The position numbers were made by a program, and so were the translations under genes. This document shows positions 63,009 to 64,000 of a stretch of DNA of 64,000 nt, in pieces (the stretch's first letter is position 1; each line of letters starts with the position of its first letter). The notes beneath the pieces were generated by a model that saw only the letters and a program-made list of their open reading frames with translations, was not told the origin of the DNA and ran no database searches. The DNA is from an uncultured Candidatus Poseidoniales archaeon (lineage in GTDB: Archaea; Thermoplasmatota; Poseidoniia; Poseidoniales; Poseidoniaceae): the NCBI GenBank assembly GCA_905182185.1, contig CAJJAP010000001.1, positions 139,167-203,166 on the forward strand. The letters are read 5' to 3'.

Positions 63009-64000
63009 ATGGTGATGAGTTCTAGTCCATCAAACTCTGAAATTTCAACAGGCCGTTATTTAGACCAAAGAAAGATTGGCAATGCCCTACAGCAGGCTGT
63101 TGATTTCGGTGCAAGTTATGCAGAGGTACGATTGGTTGCAGAGACTGGTTCGAGTGTCAATCTAAGAGATGGGAGTCTTGGAAAATGCGATTCCCGGTCA
63201 GGAAGTAGGCGTTACGCTTAGAATTCTTGCAGATGGTGCATGGGGGGTTCATTCAACTACCGACATAGCATCATTACCGGAGCAAATTGAATCTACTGTT
63301 CGGTTGGCAAAGGCGGTTGCGAAGCGCAGGTCTAGTTCTGATAAACCGGTACAGTTGGCCGAGAGTTCCAATTTTCCAAGATGAGATTCACTGGCGTCCG
63401 AAAAAGGATATCAGAAATACCGACCTTTCAACCAAAATCGACATGCTGAAGAATATCGCTGATAGTGCAAGTGATCACGAAAAAGTAGTTTCAACCACTT
63501 GTGGATGGTCGGATGAACATATTCATACCGAACTATTGACTAGTGAAGGAATGGATAGAGTTTGGTCTTTCCAACGTTCATTGGTAAGAGGCATGGTTAC
63601 TGCAAGAGATGATAATGAAGTAGTATCCTATAGAACACGATATGGAGGAGAAGGTGGCCTAGAATTAATCGAGGCTTGTGACTTAGGACAACTCGGTAAC
63701 GATGCAATGGTTGCAGCACTAAGATTGTTGAAAGCAAAGCGTGCACCTTCAGGGAAAATGCCATTGATCGCAGACCGTGATCTTACTGGCGTATATATCC
63801 ACGAAGCACTAGGTCATCCATGCGAAGCAGATTTAGTTGCAGCAGGAGATTCTTGTTTGGATGGTAAATTGGGTCAGAAAATCGGCTCAGATATTGTTAC
63901 TGTTGTAGATGACCCAACCATTAGAGGTGGATATGGTGCTTATCCAATAGACGATGAGGGAGTGAATACTAGAGCGAAGCGATTGATTACCAATGGTGTT
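63009..64000 (+). CDS. tldD: TldD/PmbA family metalloprotease, 3'-truncated by the window edge, with two frame changes (about 63172 and 63360) as sequenced
   Basis: GASYAEVRLV...VNLRDG, GVTLRILADGAWG and IHEALGHPCEADLV (HExxxH) are TldD motifs. The last segment is open from about 63383 to the window end. Confidence 0.85.

Overview
Archaeal chromosomal segment of about 50 protein genes. I found no rRNA, tRNA, CRISPR array, transposase, integrase or phage-like genes.

Content:
- Archaeal-type core genes: A1A0 ATP synthase C-F-A-B-D, SMC-ScpA-ScpB, S6e, aIF2-gamma with its PIN-domain neighbour, Orc1/Cdc6, Dph2, archaeal Hpt, Hel308, Cgi121.
- Bacterial-type genes: gyrB-gyrA, class II HMG-CoA reductase, a class II CCA/poly(A)-type nucleotidyltransferase, NadB, acyl-CoA dehydrogenase.
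- A peptidase-rich block at 32.6-47 kb: M61-PDZ, M28, and a 1401-aa zincin/PKD surface protein.
- Many proteins carry D/E-rich tails or inserts.
- This mix fits a planktonic marine euryarchaeon related to Thermoplasmata, such as Marine Group II/Poseidoniales. That placement is inference only.

The window looks like core genome, not an accessory or defence island.

The strongest direct observation is technical. About 20 or more single-base frame disruptions fall in well-conserved, mostly essential genes.
- Isolated cases: atpB, aIF2-gamma, dph2 and a thioesterase.
- Two dense clusters: 46.9-50.5 kb (aroD, its convergent neighbour, gyrB, gyrA) and 60.6-63.4 kb (hel308, cgi121, tldD).
- Every fragment keeps its family motifs, so sequencing or assembly error is more likely than real gene decay.

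Candidates for undescribed biology, all hypotheses:
1. A translationally coupled trio at 18.5-21.9 kb: an ATPase-degenerate Orc1/Cdc6-like AAA+/wHTH protein with a long acidic linker, a beta-propeller and a DUF357 protein. A mirror array of TAAC/GTTA half-sites sits just upstream.
2. A tightly packed minus-strand cluster at 32.6-37.2 kb: membrane Smr-domain protein, PCMT-like protein, HEAT-repeat protein and M61-PDZ peptidase.
3. An S2P/M50-like membrane protein lacking the metal-binding motifs, directly after the ATPase operon.
4. A ~0.5-kb AT-rich spacer upstream of gyrB with two 12-bp perfect palindromes and a less AT-rich core.
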